From NCBI RefSeq assembly GCF_009834535.1, contig NC_045697.1, forward strand, positions 104,038,001-104,102,000: a stretch of DNA of 64,000 nucleotides. The letters are read 5' to 3'. The DNA comes from Camelus ferus. Lineage: Eukaryota. Numbering within the stretch: the first letter of the stretch is position 1; each line of letters opens with the position of its first letter. This document shows, piece after piece, positions 59,290-64,000 of this stretch. Under the pieces are notes generated by a model. That model was not told the DNA's origin, made no database searches, and saw only the letters and a program-made list of their open reading frames with translations. Made by a program: the position numbers and the translations under genes.

Positions 59290-60900
59290 AATCTTACCGT
59301 TTTTCTTTGTTCTCTGTTCAATTGTATTTATGTTTTGAATATCTTCCCCATTTAAGATCAAAATATATACCTATAGTTTCTATGTTTATATAGTTTATTT
59401 TTAAATGTTTCTCATAAAATTTAATTTTAAAATAAGATACAAAAGTAATTAATTAATATTACTATAAAATGTTTGGAAAATCATAAAGAGAAAAATTTAA
59501 ATCACACTATTTTTCTACTTTGTATCTTCTATTTCCAAAACTATTGATATTTTTGTATTCTTGACTTTATATTTAATCAGTTTCAGTGTATACTATCAGT
59601 TCTTTTATATGAAGGCTTTCCTCTTCTTAAAATTTTTAATTTTGATTTATCTCTTACTGGGTTCCAGAATATGGGATACACGGAAACTACATTCATTGTG
59701 AACTTTCTGAGTCTTGCATATGTAAGACTATCTTCCTGTTGCTACTGCAGGAGTTACTTCTGTAGCATATTCTCAATTCTCAGCTCTATAGCATTCCACT
59801 CTCTTTCCCCTACCCTCAAACTCCATGAACTCTACTTCTTTTTGTTTTATGGTATTCATTGTTGCAAAAGAGAAAAAAAAAAATGAGTCCCATCTGATTT
59901 TTGTCCCAATGCAGGCAATCTGTGTATTCTCTTTGGATGCAGGTGGGAGTGTGTCTTAATCTGAGTCATTCAAAAAGTTCCCAAAAACTTACTTAGTTAT
60001 GAATCTTCCCTTATTATTTTTGACTGACACATGAAGAGCTATTTCAGTCTGCCTATTCAGATCTTTTTAGGGTCTAGAAAGGTTTCTTTTCTTTCCTTTT
60101 CTTTTAACTTTTCAAAAATGAAGTATAGTCAGCTCATACTTAATGGTGAAAAGCTGAAAGCATTTCCTCTAAGATCAGGAACAAGACAAGGATGCCCACT
60201 CTCACCGCTTTTATTCAACATAGCTTTGGAAGTCCTAGCCACAGCAATCAGAGAAGAAAAAGAAATAAAAGGAATCCAAATTGGAAAAGAAGAAGTAAAA
60301 CCTATTATGAAAAAGAGTATGAAAAAGAAAGCTTTCTTACAGTGTCTTTGGTTATTGCTTTCATTTCAGTTATTGCCAATTCTACTTCAGAAACTTTCAT
60401 TGTTTTCATTTCTGAATCTTTCCCCTACATTTTGAGAAAATGTTTCAAATTCGTCTTCAACACCATCGAGTCAACATTTCATTGTACCAATCCTGCTCTT
60501 TACTTTTTCTACTCTGTATTTTAATTCTACCAACATATTTTATTGAAAGCCTTCCTTCTTTCATCTGGGGTGCATGGCCATCTCACCTGGTTCTGTCCTT
60601 AAGCTTTTCTATCATCTACTTGTATTTTTCTGAAGAAACTAAGAATTTTTCTAAAATTATCATATTCATAAATTTGTTCCTCAGATTAATGCTTTGTTTG
60701 CCTTGCATTTTCTACATCCCTCAATTAAGAGCAGTCTATTTAGTCCCAGTATTTATAGGCAAGTTGGGTAGACAGTCAGCCCTTGGCTCTGCTCGCTGGC
60801 TATGTGGAGCTGGTAGGATCCTCCTCCAGTTGGAGGACAGCTGGTAGGCACAGCACCTCACTCAATGCCAGTGTCTAGCAGGCATTCTTCTAGGACTGAG
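59290..60900 (-). mobile_element. Ancient L1-family ORF1-like relic (HAL1/L1ME type), interrupted by a young L1 insertion
   Basis: T-rich antisense ORF1-like motifs (CTTTCTGAGTCTTGCAT, CATTGTTGC...GAG...TCTGATT...GCAGGCAATCTG, TTTCAGTCTG...TTCAG...TCTAGAAA). Confidence 0.5.
60089..60325. mobile_element. Rearranged (inverted) young L1 insertion with TSD
   Basis: Antisense tail and 3' tip (60089-60132), sense ORF2 piece [55 protein letters not shown] (60134-60300), sense 3'UTR-like piece (60301-60325). TSD AGAAAG(G/C)TTTCTT at 60076-60088 and 60326-60338. Confidence 0.85.
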
Positions 60901-63900
60901 ATTTGCTCTTCTCTTACTTTAACTGATTGGTTCTCTTCTACTTTGAACTGCTGTTTATCTAGTCTTTGGTGGTAGAGCTCATTTTGAAGCTTACAGTCTT
61001 GATCATGGTTCTATCTTTGTCCTAGTTCTTAAAGGACAGCACTTCTGTGTCCATAATCTGACCCTAGTCTCTTTATGTTAAAAGCACTCTTTACCTAGAA
61101 CTTAAAGATTTAAGAGGTCAGGGTTCACTTGTTCAAGACTGATATCCTGCAGGCTGGTTTCCTGGAAAAGAAGGTGGACTCTAGCAAAGTTCCAAGGAAA
61201 ACAGTTAGGCTCAGTAATTTTAGGGCAATCATTCCTGACCTATTGCAAAGGCTTAGACCCTAGAGTTCCTCTCTCCTGACACTGGAAAGGTTGGTACCCC
61301 CTAAGTTGTGAATGCCTACGGGGCAAATCTTGCTATATGTGTGCCATATCCTATGACTGCAACCACAAGGCAGAGACCTCAGCCCCTGTCCCTCCCCTTC
61401 CTCCCCTACATGCAGATCACAGAATGGGAGGGGCTGGCTGATTCTACATCAAGTAATGAATGCTAAGGTGGCAGGATAGAGCTTATATCAAGGCTCTGCA
61501 ACATCACATAGCTATTGTGTCTGGCCCCCAATCACACCAGGAGTGTGACAATACTTCCCTAAACATACAGCATCCAATGAAAGGGCAATGGGAGACCAGC
61601 ACACCTGCTACTGCTCCTGTCTCTGTGAGTTTTCTCAGAGCAGCATTGCTCCAGCAGGCCTGCTGTGAGAGCTGCTGACCAATTACTTTGTTAGCATGGC
61701 AGTTGTCCCAGTAAACTGGGAGTCTGTCCAGGCCCATAACATATCCTTCTGGAAGCAAGTCAGGGAACTGGAAATAGATCAAAGACCAAGACTGGAGCAG
61801 GAAGAGTCTGCTGGTGATGTTGTGACCAGCCTTCAGGATGTCTGGTTAGTGATCATTAGCAGGAACTAGCCTTGAAGAAATTCTTAATCTTATGGGCCTA
61901 AGACTCTTAGTGACAGAATTCCTTTTTTGTGTGTGATATTAAAGGGAGTTGCCTAAGATGAGGTGGACACTTCACTAAAAGGGAAGTTGAACTACTGCCC
62001 CTCATAAAATTCATGCATAAAAAGAGGAAAGAGGACATCTTTCCCATGATCACTAAAAATGGGTGGAGAATGTAGGAAAGAACCGACCATCAGCAAGACA
62101 GGATAAGTGGACTTCCAAATTCTATTTCTGTCCATGAGATCAAGATGGTAAAGGGGACAGTCCTTACAATGGTGGCCTCCTCCACAAATCTGTTACTGGA
62201 TCTTCCTGTCATGATTGGATGCACTGAAGAAAAGGGGAGCCATTCCAGTGCGTCTTCACAGCATTCCCTTGCTCTTGGCTCCTCTCAGCTCCCAGAGAAC
62301 CACACTGAGATACACCATCTAGAATCTGCCCAATGAACTGACTGTCAACAATAAATTCTAGGCCCTGAACTGAGCATGTCGACTAGGACATCTCTTCTTC
62401 AGAAGTTCCCCAGTCACTGGGAGAACTTGGGATCAATGCTGTAGACCTGGGCTAGCCTTTACTCAATTCCTGTGCTAAAGTCACAGATAAAGGCATTCTG
62501 AGCTGGAAGATGTGTACTTCCTGAGCTGTTCCTACAATGATCTTCCCCTGCCCATCTTCAGAGAACATGATCAGCACCTGGGATCACCTCCCAAAGTCTA
62601 TTTCTAATCATCCACCTGGTCTCCCATAGCAAGGTCTGGACTCAGAGCCCGTATGGGTTGAAATGGAATGCATTATTGACAGAATGAGAGATAATGCTTA
62701 GAAGCCATCTCTCTTTGAATTGAGGGAGAAGAGAAAGGACAAAAATGAAGAAAGAAATCAAGGGTCACCTTGACCAATACTAATCCCTCCAGGCTCACCC
62801 TCCAGAAAACAGACTCACCTCTACACAGTTCCATGTAAATCAGCTAGTCTCAGTGCTAAGGCCATTAATTTGGTCAAAGGCAAGGCTTGGACTCAGATCC
62901 TGAATCAACGGAGTGGGGGAGAGGATGGGTGCTGGTGCTTACTCAACTATGAATGCTAATGTGGTCAACCATGGTCAACCCCACCACTGGTTTGCTCCCC
63001 ATGAATAAAGCTGCAACTTCAAGGCTTAGACCCTAGTGCCAACCTGGCCAGAGAGGGTGAAAGTTAAGGTTCTGCCCCATCATCTTGTTATTGTTGCTCT
63101 GGCCCCAGATGGTACTTGGGGAGACACCAGTGCTTCCCTAATCTTGTCTCTTAAAAAGCCCTCTCTGTCACAGGGTCTGACATCTGGCCCTACTAGACCT
63201 CTTTGTGCTGCTCCAGAATTCATGGGTACATATCCTATGGACCCAGTGTCTGAAAGCTTTCTACAGTGCTCCTCAGATGTGGTGTGAATGCTGCCTTTTC
63301 ATTAGTCCTTCCAAATAGGTCACAATTCTTAAAGAAGATACAGCTACTGATTTGCTACAAGTGTCTGTCAGACCATGACTACTCCATGCCTGCTATCCCA
63401 GCTGTAATCTGAAGATATGTGACCTGAAGAACGAGACTAACAGCACTGAGTCAGTGGAAAACAGGCCACATTGTATATCTGAGCTCCATCTTTAGCAGCA
63501 GTGGGGACTAGAACCTGTACTCGACTCTGACCAGGGGGCTCTGGTCACATATGTGCTCATGGGCTGAACATTGGCCCTGAGTGCACCCAGGTGCCCAGTC
63601 CCTATGACTATGGTTTCTGCTCATGTTCATTTGCTCTGCAGTTCCCTGAGGGTGCTGGAGCCATGCCCTGGACCACAGCCTGCCCTTTGTCATCTGCTGG
63701 CTGGTATCCTACTTTAACCTGAATGGACATCCCTGGAACTAGGATGCTGCCACCAGCCCCTGACACAGCTGCCGCCTGGCTGTTGCTATGGGGCCTCCAT
63801 ATGTGGGTCTTGTCTGGACCAATCAGAGCAGTTATGCGGAAGCTACAACACCATCACCTCAGGGGTAACCCCATGTTCAGGGAAGTCCTCACTGCACTCT

Positions 63901-64000
63901 GGCCACATATTTTAAGTAGCCCTAGTTTACCCTCCTCATGAAAATTCTACCCCAGATTAAAAAAGCTGCACAGACAATTTTCACCACTGCTAGGTACATC

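Noticed and set aside
60031..60435. 134-aa ORF with strong reverse-transcriptase similarity
   Set aside because: Only ~55 aa come from an L1 ORF2 fragment in a rearranged insertion; the rest is chance read-through of flanking DNA.
42072..64000. Search for the next upstream TTC29 exon
   Set aside because: No matching peptide seen in the ORF track or by eye. It most likely lies beyond the window, though I could have missed a short exon.

Overview
Mammalian genomic DNA, AT-rich and mostly intronic. Vic-1-type tRNA-Ala-derived SINEs point to a camelid (camel, alpaca or llama). The only protein-coding signal is three internal exons of TTC29 (TPR-domain sperm flagellar/axonemal protein) on the minus strand: 42071-41859 (213 nt), 35539-35454 (86 nt) and 2276-2185 (92 nt). 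All have AG/GT splice sites and join in one open frame of about 130 aa. The gene enters and leaves the window inside introns. The rest is intronic: young L1 3' fragments and SINEs with target-site duplications (TSDs), an old ~3.2 kb L1, MIR/L2 relics, MaLR/ERVL/ERV1 LTRs, MER44, MER20, MER5A and MER81 DNA transposon fossils, and microsatellites. Most ORF-track entries are chance ORFs or TE remnants. I found no convincing new biological system. The best leads are: a tripartite inverted L1 insertion with TSDs (60076-60338); an orphan poly(A) insertion; a repair-patch-like L1 fragment with local triplication; an unexplained CpG-retaining ~330 bp segment (24165-24492); a CpG-enriched patch with an antisense splice donor (14860-15230); and TE-free, homeobox-motif-dense blocks that may be long-range enhancers (TTC29 neighbours POU4F2 in human, from memory). 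Repeat family names are by-eye recognitions and their boundaries are approximate.
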